Sequence record: KX828711
Source of the DNA: Shigella phage SH7
DNA: 64,000 nt
Reading direction: 5' to 3' (one strand)
Part shown: one piece after another, positions 1 through 9,582 of the stretch
Numbering within the stretch: the stretch's first letter is position 1
Layout: every line of letters starts with the position of its first letter
The notes under the pieces: generated by a model
The model's input: only the letters and a program-made list of their open reading frames with translations
The model's database searches: none
Told to the model about the DNA's origin: nothing
Made by a program: the position numbers and the translations under genes

Positions 1-1
1 C

Positions 2-850
2 AACGGTTCCACCGATAACCCATGGAATGAAATGGGCTTCCGTATCGATAAGCAAGTTATTGAAGCTAAATCTCGCCAGCTGAAAGCTGCTTACTCTATC
101 GAATTAGCACAGGACCTCCGCGCTGTTCACGGTATGGATGCTGATGCTGAACTGTCTGGTATTCTGGCTACCGAAATCATGCTGGAAATCAACCGTGAAG
201 TTGTTGATTGGATTAACTACTCAGCTCAGGTTGGTAAATCTGGTATGACCCTGACTCCGGGTTCTAAAGCTGGTGTATTTGACTTCCAGGATCCGATTGA
301 TATTCGTGGTGCTCGCTGGGCGGGTGAATCCTTTAAAGCTCTGTTGTTCCAGATTGACAAAGAAGCAGTTGAAATTGCTCGTCAGACCGGTCGTGGTGAA
401 GGTAACTTCATTATCGCTTCCCGTAACGTAGTTAACGTTCTGGCTTCAGTTGATACCGGCATTTCTTATGCTGCACAAGGTCTGGCTACCGGCTTTAACA
501 CTGATACTACCAAGTCAGTATTTGCTGGTGTTCTGGGTGGTAAATACCGTGTATATATCGACCAGTATGCTAAACAGGATTATTTCACTGTAGGTTATAA
601 AGGTCCGAACGAAATGGATGCTGGTATTTACTATGCTCCATATGTAGCTCTGACTCCGCTGCGTGGTTCCGATCCGAAGAACTTCCAACCGGTAATGGGG
701 TTCAAAACTCGTTACGGTATCGGTATCAACCCATTTGCAGAATCCGCTGCTCAGGCTCCGGCTTCTCGCATCCAGAGCGGTATGCCTTCTATTCTGAATA
801 GCCTTGGTAAAAACGCTTACTTCCGCCGTGTATATGTTAAAGGTATCTAA
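2..850 (+). CDS. 23: Major capsid protein gp23, C-terminal part (gene starts upstream of window)
   Basis: Frame is open from position 2 with no start; C-terminus ...GKNAYFRRVYVKGI matches T4 gp23; terminator and gene 24 follow as in T4. Confidence 0.93.
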   Translation, partial: NGSTDNPWNEMGFRIDKQVIEAKSRQLKAAYSIELAQDLRAVHGMDADAELSGILATEIMLEINREVVDWINYSAQVGKSGMTLTPGSKAGVFDFQDPIDIRGARWAGESFKALLFQIDKEAVEIARQTGRGEGNFIIASRNVVNVLASVDTGISYAAQGLATGFNTDTTKSVFAGVLGGKYRVYIDQYAKQDYFTVGYKGPNEMDAGIYYAPYVALTPLRGSDPKNFQPVMGFKTRYGIGINPFAESAAQAPASRIQSGMPSILNSLGKNAYFRRVYVKGI

Positions 851-865
851 TCTTTGACGATTTAA

Positions 866-881
866 GGGACCTTCGGGTCCC
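866..881 (+). terminator. Rho-independent terminator after gene 23
   Basis: GGGACC-TTCG-GGTCCC hairpin (UUCG tetraloop) followed by T-rich tract. Confidence 0.75.
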
Positions 882-898
882 TTTAGTTGTTTTTATGG

Positions 899-906
899 TA
901 TAAATA
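899..906 (+). promoter_or_regulatory. Late promoter for gene 24
   Basis: Exact TATAAATA 27 nt upstream of the gene 24 ATG. Confidence 0.75.
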
Positions 907-933
907 AATCATATAAACCAAAAGGAAAGCGCA

Positions 934-2217
934 ATGGCTAAAATCAACGAACTTCTGCGCGAATCAACCACAACGAATAGCAACTCAATCGGTCGCCCAA
1001 ATCTCGTTGCTTTGACTCGCGCTACCACTAAATTAATATATTCTGACATTGTAGCAACGCAAAGAACTAATCAACCTGTTGCTGCTTTTTATGGTATCAA
1101 ATACCTTAACCCAGACAATGAATTTACATTTAAAACTGGTGCTACTTATGCTGGCGAAGCTGGATATGTAGACCGAGAACAAATCACAGAATTAACAGAA
1201 GAGTCTAAATTAACTCTCAATAAAGGCGATTTATTCAAATATAATAATATCGTTTATAAAGTATTAGAAGATACACCATTTGCTACCATTGAAGAAAGCG
1301 ATTTAGAATTAGCTCTTCAGATTGCAATTGTTCTTTTAAAGGTTCGTCTATTTTCTGACGCAGCGTCAACGAGCAAATTTGAAAGCTCTGATAGCGAAAT
1401 TGCGGATGCTAGATTCCAGATTAATAAATGGCAAACCGCAGTTAAATCTCGTAAACTTAAAACTGGCATCACAGTTGAATTAGCACAAGATTTAGAAGCA
1501 AATGGATTCGATGCTCCTAATTTCTTGGAAGATTTGCTTGCAACTGAAATGGCAGATGAAATCAATAAAGATATTCTGCAGTCTTTGATTACAGTATCAA
1601 AACGTTATAAAGTTACAGGAATTACTGATACTGGATTCATTGATTTGAGTTATGCATCTGCACCTGAAGCTGGTCGTTCATTATACCGAATGGTGTGTGA
1701 AATGGTTTCACATATCCAGAAAGAATCAACTTATACAGCAACGTTCTGTGTTGCTTCAGCTCGTGCTGCTGCGATTCTTGCTGCATCAGGTTGGTTAAAA
1801 CATAAACCAGAAGATGACAAATATCTTTCACAAAATGCCTACGGGTTCTTAGCTAATGGTTTACCGCTTTATTGCGATACTAACAGCCCATTAGATTATG
1901 TAATCGTTGGTGTAGTAGAAAATATCGGTGAAAAAGAAATTGTCGGATCAATTTTCTATGCTCCGTATACAGAAGGTCTTGACTTAGATGACCCTGAACA
2001 TGTAGGTGCATTTAAAGTTGTAGTTGACCCAGAAAGCTTACAACCATCTATCGGTTTATTGGTTAGATATGCTTTATCTGCAAATCCTTACACTGTAGCA
2101 AAAGATGAAAAAGAAGCAAGAATAATTGATGGTGGAGACATGGATAAAATGGCTGGTCGTTCAGATTTGTCTGTTTTATTAGGTGTTAAGCTACCAAAAA
2201 TTATTGTTGATGAATAA
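934..2217 (+). CDS. 24: Capsid vertex protein gp24
   Basis: 427 aa, same length as T4 gp24; MAKINELLRESTTTNSNSIGRPNLVAL N-terminus; lies just downstream of gene 23. Confidence 0.93.
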   Translation: MAKINELLRESTTTNSNSIGRPNLVALTRATTKLIYSDIVATQRTNQPVAAFYGIKYLNPDNEFTFKTGATYAGEAGYVDREQITELTEESKLTLNKGDLFKYNNIVYKVLEDTPFATIEESDLELALQIAIVLLKVRLFSDAASTSKFESSDSEIADARFQINKWQTAVKSRKLKTGITVELAQDLEANGFDAPNFLEDLLATEMADEINKDILQSLITVSKRYKVTGITDTGFIDLSYASAPEAGRSLYRMVCEMVSHIQKESTYTATFCVASARAAAILAASGWLKHKPEDDKYLSQNAYGFLANGLPLYCDTNSPLDYVIVGVVENIGEKEIVGSIFYAPYTEGLDLDDPEHVGAFKVVVDPESLQPSIGLLVRYALSANPYTVAKDEKEARIIDGGDMDKMAGRSDLSVLLGVKLPKIIVDE

Positions 2218-2223
2218 AACAAA

Positions 2224-2239
2224 GGGACCGAAAGGTCCC
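2224..2239. terminator. Bidirectional terminator between convergent genes 24 and rnlB
   Basis: GGGACC-GAAA-GGTCCC hairpin flanked by A-run upstream and T-run downstream. Confidence 0.7.
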
Positions 2240-2249
2240 CTTTGTTTAT

Positions 2250-3254
2250 TTAGCTCACCAACTCAATCCAAGCTGGACGAAGTACATCTTGTACCATTTT
2301 AACTAATTCCTTCTTAATCAAAGAAGGATTATCCGCTTGAGTTAGAGTAATACCTTCACGAGAAGTTTCTTCCAAAATATCTTGAACAGTTAGTCCCATC
2401 ACCTTTCCAAAATCTTTAGGACCAATTTCACCAATTTTAGAAATAACGTTATTTACTCGGTTCAGTGTAACGTAACAAGCTAAAATTCCTACCAATTTGT
2501 TATCAGCTTCTGATAGTTCAACTTTAACTTTAATAGGCTTATCAGACTTTTTCTTTTCACTAAATTTGGAATTCTTGCATTTAATTGCTACACGATTGCC
2601 ATTAGGCATCCAAGAAGGATAACAAGGTTTCAATACATATCCTTCAGCGGTAAATACTTCGCCTTTTGCTTCGGCATTCCAAACGCATTTATTTGCATCA
2701 ACTAATCCAGCATGGTCTACTGTAAAATTATAATCTTGGACGACAGAATCTAAATCATTTGGCAATTTAATAAGCTCTTCAAATTTACCGCGACCTAAAA
2801 GTGGAGCAATTTTAAATTTAAATGTATTGCAGAATGATTCCATCATATAATCATCGACATAAGTCACGTCACCACTTTCCATAGTAACAATAATGTCAAA
2901 TACATAGAAATCTTTATCACCATAATCAACATTCTTCTGAATGCCAGGCCCAGCGAATTCACCAAAGACTTGATAAGATACAACTGCTGAAGTTTCCATA
3001 ATATCTTGTACTGCTTTAATGGAATCATCGTAATTCTTTAGAATAATTTCATACCCAAAGAAATCTTCAGCAGGAAGAATCGGTCCAGTACGTTTAGCGC
3101 AAGTTACTTTATCACGCTCGATAATTAGTGAAAAGTTTGTGCCGTGAATCTTTTCACGAGCTACCCACTCCCCACCAGTCAATCCCAGGCTATAAAGTTT
3201 TTCAATAAATTTAGAGTTGTAATGATTTTCAAGACTGCTATACTTTTTAAACAT
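2250..3254 (-). CDS. rnlB: RNA ligase 2 (Rnl2)
   Basis: 334 aa as in T4 Rnl2; [16 protein letters not shown]...EKIHGTNFS with ligase lysine motif KIHG. Confidence 0.92.
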   Translation of the reverse strand: MFKKYSSLENHYNSKFIEKLYSLGLTGGEWVAREKIHGTNFSLIIERDKVTCAKRTGPILPAEDFFGYEIILKNYDDSIKAVQDIMETSAVVSYQVFGEFAGPGIQKNVDYGDKDFYVFDIIVTMESGDVTYVDDYMMESFCNTFKFKIAPLLGRGKFEELIKLPNDLDSVVQDYNFTVDHAGLVDANKCVWNAEAKGEVFTAEGYVLKPCYPSWMPNGNRVAIKCKNSKFSEKKKSDKPIKVKVELSEADNKLVGILACYVTLNRVNNVISKIGEIGPKDFGKVMGLTVQDILEETSREGITLTQADNPSLIKKELVKMVQDVLRPAWIELVS

Positions 3255-3263
3255 AATTAATCC

Positions 3264-3542
3264 TCAAAATGTAATTTCTAACCAATCACCATCACGCTGA
3301 TCACTATTGACTTTAAAGCTGAATCCTTCTTTTCTCAGCCAATCACCAATTTCTTCAGTAATCAATTTATCACGAGCAATACAATAATAATTAAAATGTG
3401 TTTTACCTTGTTCAGCTGCTTTATTAGCAAGTTCCGAAAAATCTTTAATAAAACACTCTAGTTTAAACTGTTTACTTTTAAGTGCTTTTTCGCGCAATTG
3501 ATTAGCAAAAGATTCATTTTCATAAAGATCATACTGTTCCAT
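3264..3542 (-). CDS. Hypothetical protein (position of T4 24.2)
   Basis: 92 aa ORF between rnlB and hoc. Confidence 0.6.
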   Translation of the reverse strand: MEQYDLYENESFANQLREKALKSKQFKLECFIKDFSELANKAAEQGKTHFNYYCIARDKLITEEIGDWLRKEGFSFKVNSDQRDGDWLEITF

Positions 3543-3744
3543 TTTTCACCTTTTTATTGATATGTCTTTTTCTATAGACAACTTTTTCTCGAGTTTCAAA
3601 TTTATTCTTAGCAGTCATAGCTCGAGCCCATAATACAGCCACTTCTTTTGCCTGTAAGTTTAATTCACGAGCAATTTCAATGAATGACTTTCCAGACTCA
3701 TGAAGAGTAAACACCACAACCTCAGTTCTCATAATCAATCTCAT
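3529..3744 (-). CDS. Hypothetical small protein, possible helix-turn-helix (position of T4 24.3)
   Basis: 71 aa ORF; segment SFIEIARELNLQAKEVAVLWARAM resembles an HTH. Confidence 0.5.
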   Translation of the reverse strand: MRLIMRTEVVVFTLHESGKSFIEIARELNLQAKEVAVLWARAMTAKNKFETREKVVYRKRHINKKVKNGTV

Positions 3745-3813
3745 GTTATCGAGTTGATGCCATTATATACATCGTTTTCTGATTGTGTTTTGTGTGCTTT
3801 CAAAATGAAGAAA

Positions 3814-3827
3814 GGGGCCGAAGCCCC
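3814..3827 (-). terminator. Hairpin terminator downstream of hoc
   Basis: GGGGC-UUCG-GCCCC in transcript sense, 6 nt past the hoc stop. Confidence 0.6.
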
Positions 3828-3832
3828 TGAGA

Positions 3833-4963
3833 TTATGGATAAGTATAGATGATACCAGTTTCTAAAGCAGTTTTATGAATGATGTATCCATTACGTGATT
3901 CTTGAACATCAACTTCTGGATAGTCTTTCATCATTTTCTGAAGAGTGTAACGGTGCAAGTAGTACTTACTATCTGGGTCGTCAGTTTTCCAATCTTTACC
4001 TTCTTCAGTCATTTTTTGGATTTCATCCATAACCCACCAACCGCACCAGATATAAGCTGAAGTACGATGTGGAAGAGGATGAACATAAGGCAATTCACCT
4101 TTTGGTTCCGTAGCAACTTTATCAGTTACCTGAACTTGACCTGTTGTTTTAACTGTTTTGCTATCATAGTCAGTTGCTGTAACGACAGCAGTAACTTCAA
4201 TAGTTTGACTTCCAACAGATGAGGTATCAACAGTATATACGTTAGTTGACCCTTCTACAGGAGAAGAATCTTTCTTCCATGAATAAGTAATTTGCGCTTC
4301 TTCTGGAGCATCAGTGACATTAGCAGTAAATGTAGCCGAAGCATCTTGCTGAACATTAATAGAAGGAGGAGTCAATGTAACCTGTGGATTCATTGTCTTT
4401 TTATTAACCGTCAGTGACACTTCATTAGAAGTAACGCTCAGTGCATCATAATCTGTCGCAGTTACTTGAGCTATGCACTTGATTTTTTTAACTCCGCTTG
4501 TGTCAGGAGTGTAATTGAATGTAGCAGAAGTTGCTTCGCCCACAGGAGAACCGTCAACGTACCATTGATACGTAGCAGATGCACCTGATGGCTGCGAAGC
4601 CAAAGCAGCGGTAAATTCAATAGCTGTTCCGATTACTCCAGCGTCAGGGCTATTAGGAGTTACAGCTAAGGTGGTCGTTTGTGTCTTATTTTGAACTGTG
4701 ATAGTTGTTGTCGCTTCAGCCGTTTCCGGGCCTCCTTCAGAAAGTGTATTTGTTGCAACTACTTTAATAGTCTTTTGACCGGCAGGTCCTTTTAGTACAT
4801 AACTAAAAGTTGCTTCAGCTCCATCTTGTGGAGCATCATCTACAGTCCAAGCATATGTAATAGTTCCGCCTCCAGTTTCACCACTGGGTGTAGCAGTAAA
4901 CTGCTGAGTCTGATCTATAACTCCAGTAGGTGTTTTAGGAGTTATATCAACTGTAAAAGTCAT
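3833..4963 (-). CDS. hoc: Highly immunogenic outer capsid protein Hoc
   Basis: 376 aa as in T4 Hoc; repeated Ig-like segments; syntenic position. Confidence 0.85.
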   Translation of the reverse strand: MTFTVDITPKTPTGVIDQTQQFTATPSGETGGGTITYAWTVDDAPQDGAEATFSYVLKGPAGQKTIKVVATNTLSEGGPETAEATTTITVQNKTQTTTLAVTPNSPDAGVIGTAIEFTAALASQPSGASATYQWYVDGSPVGEATSATFNYTPDTSGVKKIKCIAQVTATDYDALSVTSNEVSLTVNKKTMNPQVTLTPPSINVQQDASATFTANVTDAPEEAQITYSWKKDSSPVEGSTNVYTVDTSSVGSQTIEVTAVVTATDYDSKTVKTTGQVQVTDKVATEPKGELPYVHPLPHRTSAYIWCGWWVMDEIQKMTEEGKDWKTDDPDSKYYLHRYTLQKMMKDYPEVDVQESRNGYIIHKTALETGIIYTYP

Positions 4964-4972
4964 AAGTTATCC

Positions 4973-5653
4973 TTATTTTAATGTTACGAAAGAAGAATTG
5001 CGTGTTTCACGAATTAAAACTGATCCATCGCGATTAATGTAATAAATTAAGCTAAATAAAGTTTGGTGCGCTGACGCATGTTCAAAACTAGTTGGGTGAG
5101 ATTTCCAATCCGGAGTTTCAGCAATCCATTGATAAATCCACCAAGGAACAGTACAGAATCCTGGATTTTTTCCAATCAGCTGAAGATTCGGACTAAAGTT
5201 TTCTGGAAGAGTAAATACAGACGGCTTTTCAGATTCAATAATCTCAGCTACAGCCTGTTCAAACTTTTCTTCAACAAAGGGAGTATCTTCAATCAAAACA
5301 TAGGTATTTTCAGGAATTTTATCCGTTTCTACTACTTCAATTTTAATGTCAGATTTAACTGGAGAATCAATCAGAAGTGCTGCTTCTGGATTGACTTCTT
5401 CATCGTCATATTTTAATCCCTCTGCGGCATCAGCAGCATCAATTAAGTCTTTAATAGATAACCCATCAGTCTCTGGCATAGGTTCACTAGCGAGCTTCTG
5501 GAGGGCTTCTTCAATATCAGCAACGATATTATCAAAAGATTTATTCTTTTTGACCTTTATACCAAACTGTTCAGCATATTCAGCTAATTTAGCTTTAGCT
5601 TCTTTGTTATCATCAAGAGCCTTCAGCTCTGCAATATAATCTTTATCTATCAT
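4973..5653 (-). CDS. inh: Inh, inhibitor of prohead protease (by position)
   Basis: 226 aa acidic protein between hoc and uvsW, the T4 inh position. Confidence 0.6.
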   Translation of the reverse strand: MIDKDYIAELKALDDNKEAKAKLAEYAEQFGIKVKKNKSFDNIVADIEEALQKLASEPMPETDGLSIKDLIDAADAAEGLKYDDEEVNPEAALLIDSPVKSDIKIEVVETDKIPENTYVLIEDTPFVEEKFEQAVAEIIESEKPSVFTLPENFSPNLQLIGKNPGFCTVPWWIYQWIAETPDWKSHPTSFEHASAHQTLFSLIYYINRDGSVLIRETRNSSFVTLK

Positions 5654-5666
5654 AATATTTCCTCAG

Positions 5667-5674
5667 TATAAATA
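5667..5674 (+). promoter_or_regulatory. Late promoter for uvsW
   Basis: TATAAATA 30 nt upstream of the uvsW ATG. Confidence 0.7.
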
Positions 5675-5703
5675 TAGATATATTTATTACATGGTATTTA
5701 GAC

Positions 5704-7215
5704 ATGACTGACATTAAAGTACATTTTTATGATTTTAGTCACGTGAGAATTGATTGTGAAGAAAGTACATTTCATGAACTCCGTGATTTCTTTAGCTTTG
5801 AAGCTGATGGGTATCGTTTTAATCCGAAATACAAATATGGCCACTGGGATGGACGAATCCGTCTTTTAGATTATAATCGCCTTCTTCCATTCGGCTTAGT
5901 CGGGCAAATTAAAAAGTTCTGTGATAACTTTGGCTATAAAGCCTGGATTGACCCACAAATTAACGAAAAAGAAGAATTATCAAGAAAAGATTTTGATGAA
6001 TGGCTTTCTAAATTAGAAATCTATTCAGGAAATAAAAGAATTGAACCACACTGGTATCAAAAAGATGCAGTGTTCGAAGGATTAGTTAATCGTCGTAGAA
6101 TTCTTAATCTTCCAACATCCGCCGGTAAATCTTTAATTCAAGCTTTGCTTGCACGTTATTATTTGGAAAATTATGAAGGTAAAATTCTTATCATTGTTCC
6201 AACAACTGCTTTAACAACTCAGATGGCTGATGACTTCGTTGACTATCGTTTATTCAGTCATGCAATGATAAAGAAAATCGGTGGAGGAGCATCAAAAGAT
6301 GATAAATATAAAAATGATGCACCAGTCGTTGTTGGTACATGGCAAACTGTAGTAAAACAACCAAAAGAATGGTTCTCACAGTTTGGAATGATGATGAATG
6401 ATGAATGCCATCTTGCTACAGGAAAAAGTATTTCATCTATCATATCAGGTTTAAATAACTGCATGTTCAAATTTGGTCTATCTGGTTCATTACGTGATGG
6501 CAAAGCCAATATCATGCAGTATGTTGGAATGTTTGGTGAAATATTTAAGCCAGTAACGACTTCTAAGTTAATGGAAGATGGACAAGTAACTGAGCTAAAA
6601 ATTAATAGTATTTTTCTTCGCTATCCCGATGAGTTCACTACTAAATTAAAGGGAAAAACTTATCAAGAAGAAATAAAAATTATTACGGGGCTTAGTAAAA
6701 GAAATAAATGGATCGCTAAATTAGCTATTAAGCTTGCGCAAAAAGATGAAAACGCTTTTGTCATGTTTAAACATGTATCGCATGGTAAAGCTATTTTCGA
6801 TTTAATTAAAAATGAATACGATAAAGTTTATTACGTATCAGGAGAAGTTGATACCGAAACCCGCAATATAATGAAAACCTTAGCTGAAAATGGTAAAGGA
6901 ATAATTATAGTAGCTAGTTATGGTGTATTTTCTACTGGTATTTCAGTTAAAAATCTGCATCACGTTGTTTTAGCGCACGGTGTTAAATCTAAAATTATTG
7001 TATTGCAAACAATCGGTCGTGTATTACGTAAGCATGGTTCTAAGACAATAGCAACAGTCTGGGACCTCATAGATGATTGTGGCGTTAAGCCAAAATCTGC
7101 TAATACGAAAAAGAAATATGTTCATTTGAACTATCTTTTAAAACACGGCATTGATCGTATTCAGCGCTACGCAGATGAAAAATTTAATTACGTAATGAAA
7201 ACAGTTAATTTATAA
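5704..7215 (+). CDS. uvsW: UvsW DNA/RNA helicase
   Basis: 503 aa; helicase motifs LPTSAGKS (Walker A) and MMMNDECH (DExH-type); T4 UvsW N-terminus MTDIKVHFYDFSHVRID. Confidence 0.93.
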   Translation: MTDIKVHFYDFSHVRIDCEESTFHELRDFFSFEADGYRFNPKYKYGHWDGRIRLLDYNRLLPFGLVGQIKKFCDNFGYKAWIDPQINEKEELSRKDFDEWLSKLEIYSGNKRIEPHWYQKDAVFEGLVNRRRILNLPTSAGKSLIQALLARYYLENYEGKILIIVPTTALTTQMADDFVDYRLFSHAMIKKIGGGASKDDKYKNDAPVVVGTWQTVVKQPKEWFSQFGMMMNDECHLATGKSISSIISGLNNCMFKFGLSGSLRDGKANIMQYVGMFGEIFKPVTTSKLMEDGQVTELKINSIFLRYPDEFTTKLKGKTYQEEIKIITGLSKRNKWIAKLAIKLAQKDENAFVMFKHVSHGKAIFDLIKNEYDKVYYVSGEVDTETRNIMKTLAENGKGIIIVASYGVFSTGISVKNLHHVVLAHGVKSKIIVLQTIGRVLRKHGSKTIATVWDLIDDCGVKPKSANTKKKYVHLNYLLKHGIDRIQRYADEKFNYVMKTVNL

Positions 7216-7229
7216 GGGCTTCGGCCCTT
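7214..7229 (+). terminator. Hairpin at the uvsW 3' end
   Basis: AAGGGC-TTCG-GCCCTT overlapping the uvsW stop; weak T-tract. Confidence 0.5.
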
Positions 7230-7240
7230 TGGAGAAAAAG

Positions 7241-7471
7241 ATGTTACTAGAATTTAAACAATTTCTTTATGAAGCTTCTATTGATGAATTTATGGGTAAA
7301 ATTGCCTCTTGTCAAACATTAGAAGGTTTAGAAGAACTTGAAGCTTATTATAAGAAAAGAGTTAAAGAAACTGAATTAAAAGATACTGATGACATCTCTG
7401 TGAGAGATGCTTTGGCAGGAAAAAGAGCTGAATTAGAAGATTCAGACGATGAAGTAGAAGAAAGCTTTTAA
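7241..7471 (+). CDS. uvsW.1: UvsW.1 small acidic protein
   Basis: ATG at 7241 (ORF track begins at an upstream TTG); 76 aa; immediately downstream of uvsW. Confidence 0.7.
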   Translation: MLLEFKQFLYEASIDEFMGKIASCQTLEGLEELEAYYKKRVKETELKDTDDISVRDALAGKRAELEDSDDEVEESF

Positions 7472-7480
7472 ATTAAAAAA

Positions 7481-7503
7481 GGCCCAACCAAAAAGGAAGG
7501 GCC
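7481..7503 (-). terminator. Putative terminator for the minus-strand uvsY-region transcript
   Basis: GGCCC/GGGCC 5 bp stem with 13 nt loop, followed on the minus strand by TTTTTT. Confidence 0.4.
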
Positions 7504-7526
7504 AAAACTATAGACTAAAGGTCACA

Positions 7527-7694
7527 CTATAGCAAAAGTTGTGTTTCATTTAATTGTTCTTCCGAACTTTCTGAAACTGGTAGTTCTTTAATGTAATTAT
7601 AGCAAGGCCCAGGATGTACAGGACCTTTGTCTGTTTCAACAACCAATGCAGAATCGATTGGAGTTTTACAGACAACACAAATCTTATCTGACAT
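7527..7694 (-). CDS. Small hypothetical protein with Cys pairs (uvsY-upstream ORF, missed by ORF track)
   Basis: 55 aa ORF MSDKICVVCKTPIDS...GPCYNY; ATG at 7694, TAG stop at 7527; late promoter upstream. Confidence 0.4.
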   Translation of the reverse strand: MSDKICVVCKTPIDSALVVETDKGPVHPGPCYNYIKELPVSESSEEQLNETQLLL

Positions 7695-7719
7695 GATTGT
7701 CTCCTCTGAATTATATATC

Positions 7720-7727
7720 TATTTATA
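7720..7727 (-). promoter_or_regulatory. Late promoter (minus strand) upstream of the uvsY-region small ORFs
   Basis: Minus strand reads TATAAATA about 25 nt upstream of the ATG at 7694. Confidence 0.5.
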
Positions 7728-7817
7728 ACCCCATCTTAAAACGCATTTCTTGTACACGCTTTAAACATGCTTCCATTTCTGCTAAAAGTCTAAATACTTC
7801 TTTATAATTTGTCATAT

Positions 7818-8045
7818 TTACCCCATATCTCTCATATGCATATCAATGCCCATATCTTTAGAATAAAAATATTCATCAAGATATCCGGCAAATTTTCCTT
7901 TAATATAAAGGACATCTTCACCACATGGGTGATCGGCCAGGATACGAATATCCTGACGCTTAAGATTATGCTTTTTCATTAAGAATTGAATTTCCGTTTC
8001 AAATTCTTCTTCATAATTAAAAGCATCATCAATGCTATATCTCAT
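7818..8045 (-). CDS. Hypothetical protein (uvsY-upstream ORF)
   Basis: 75 aa ORF ending at the uvsY start. Confidence 0.55.
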   Translation of the reverse strand: MRYSIDDAFNYEEEFETEIQFLMKKHNLKRQDIRILADHPCGEDVLYIKGKFAGYLDEYFYSKDMGIDMHMRDMG

Positions 8046-8458
8046 TATTTTCCAGCCTCAAATGCTCGCATGTCTTGAATATGCTTAATAGCAAATCCGC
8101 GTGATTTGATAGCATCAAGAGCTCCGCTACAGAAATCCAATAAAATTCCCCAATATTGTAATGAAGTATCAACTTTTAAAACATCCTTATCAGCTGATAG
8201 AACTGTCTTCATTTCTGATTTCTCATAGCGGTCCATACTAAATTCATCACCATCTCCTCGTCCCGAGTAGTAGTCTAATTTAGCTTTAAGAGCAACTTTT
8301 TTCTGTGCATCAATTCTAAGCATTTCCTTTTTAATACTTGAATGCTTATTAAGCCATTTACTATATAACATCACATTATTAGCTGCTTCATACTGTAATT
8401 TAGTCGAATCTATAAACACATCTTTCTTCAATTCTTCTTGAAGATCTTCTAATCTCAT
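8045..8458 (-). CDS. uvsY: UvsY recombination mediator
   Basis: 137 aa as in T4 UvsY; syntenic; MotA-dependent promoter upstream. Confidence 0.9.
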   Translation of the reverse strand: MRLEDLQEELKKDVFIDSTKLQYEAANNVMLYSKWLNKHSSIKKEMLRIDAQKKVALKAKLDYYSGRGDGDEFSMDRYEKSEMKTVLSADKDVLKVDTSLQYWGILLDFCSGALDAIKSRGFAIKHIQDMRAFEAGK

Positions 8459-8498
8459 ATTGTTCTCTATTCAATTGTTATTGGATGGACTTAGATTC

Positions 8499-8526
8499 AT
8501 TATACCACGTTTATACGTGAAGCATT
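8499..8526 (-). promoter_or_regulatory. Middle (MotA-dependent) promoter of uvsY; candidate oriF-type origin promoter
   Basis: Minus strand AATGCTTCA (MotA box) then 13 nt then TATAAT, about 35 nt upstream of the uvsY ATG. Confidence 0.65.
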
Positions 8527-8923
8527 ATACTCTATTACTGGAAGCCAGCTGCAGTTTTATCTGCTCAATATCATCAGGATTATCGATGACCGAAAAGCGT
8601 ATTTCTACTATCAGAGTATAATCATCATAAACTGGTATCACATTAACTGATAATTTATCAATACGTGGCTCATAGTTTCTTACTGCGCTTTCGATATTGC
8701 GCTCAACTGTGTCAGCAGTAAGAGGAGTCATATTTTCAAAAAGTTGGTCTGATAAATCACATCCAAATTCAGGGTCAAACGGTCTTGAACCTTTTCTTGT
8801 TGTAATAATTCCCAAAAGGCTATTTTTAATTGACCTTAATCCAAGGGATCTAGAAACGTCTTTGTCCCAATCCATTTTCATTTCTGGGTCGATGTCAGAA
8901 TAAAGCTTATTAATATTTGCCAT
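8525..8923 (-). CDS. 25: Baseplate wedge protein gp25
   Basis: 132 aa as in T4 gp25; syntenic. Confidence 0.9.
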   Translation of the reverse strand: MANINKLYSDIDPEMKMDWDKDVSRSLGLRSIKNSLLGIITTRKGSRPFDPEFGCDLSDQLFENMTPLTADTVERNIESAVRNYEPRIDKLSVNVIPVYDDYTLIVEIRFSVIDNPDDIEQIKLQLASSNRV

Positions 8924-9549
8924 TATAGTAACTCAAAGAACTCTTTGAGGCCTCTTATTACATGAGCATGGGTTTTTCCACACTCTGGACATTTAATTGG
9001 AACAGCCAAATAAACGGTAGGCTTTAAAAGCATATCTTTTATAGCCACAATATCTGACTCTGTGATGATAGAATATAAATCTTCTAGTTCCTTTTCATTT
9101 AAGTCTTCAACTGGAATGCTTTCCCCGTTAGCATGAATCGTTTCTATGCATGATACTATCATGTGGGCTATATTTTTATCATCAAAAATTTTAGGGTATC
9201 GGAATTTAATTTTAATGTCACCCAGTGTATACCAGAGGTCTTCTGGTGCATCTATTTGTGTATGTAATAGATTTATATGGGTCGGTATTTCAGTTCCACA
9301 GGTGCACTTCCAGGAGTTTTCGTGATTAACTTCGCCGAGAGAATGTGCCCATAAATGAATCAACAATAGTTCTGATTCTTGGCGGTTTAAATCTTTTGCA
9401 TTTGTGCAGTCTTTGATTAGCTTTTTAACAATTACTTCTACAGAACCATTATTTTTGGCAGTAATAAGTTCTAGATATTCTTTAAGCGTGAATGCGCGAC
9501 AATTGATTATTTTAGAACCAACTCTCACATCAAATTTGTATTCATACAT
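8923..9549 (-). CDS. 26: Baseplate hub protein gp26
   Basis: 208 aa as in T4 gp26; divergent from gene 51. Confidence 0.85.
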   Translation of the reverse strand: MYEYKFDVRVGSKIINCRAFTLKEYLELITAKNNGSVEVIVKKLIKDCTNAKDLNRQESELLLIHLWAHSLGEVNHENSWKCTCGTEIPTHINLLHTQIDAPEDLWYTLGDIKIKFRYPKIFDDKNIAHMIVSCIETIHANGESIPVEDLNEKELEDLYSIITESDIVAIKDMLLKPTVYLAVPIKCPECGKTHAHVIRGLKEFFELL

Positions 9550-9570
9550 ATTTAGCTCCTTTATTTATCA

Positions 9571-9582
9571 TATTTATAAATA
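9571..9582. promoter_or_regulatory. Palindromic divergent late promoters for genes 26 (-) and 51 (+)
   Basis: TATTTATAAATA is its own reverse complement and holds TATAAATA on both strands, about 20 nt from each start codon. Confidence 0.75.

Noticed and set aside
1317-1831. Minus-strand ORFs 1317-1565 and 1637-1831 inside gene 24
   Set aside because: Antisense shadow ORFs wholly inside a well-supported structural gene; no promoter or RBS and low-complexity translation
5078-5639. Plus-strand ORFs 5078-5416 and 5346-5639 inside inh
   Set aside because: Antisense to a syntenic early gene; Phe/Asn/Ser-rich translations typical of AT-rich reverse frames
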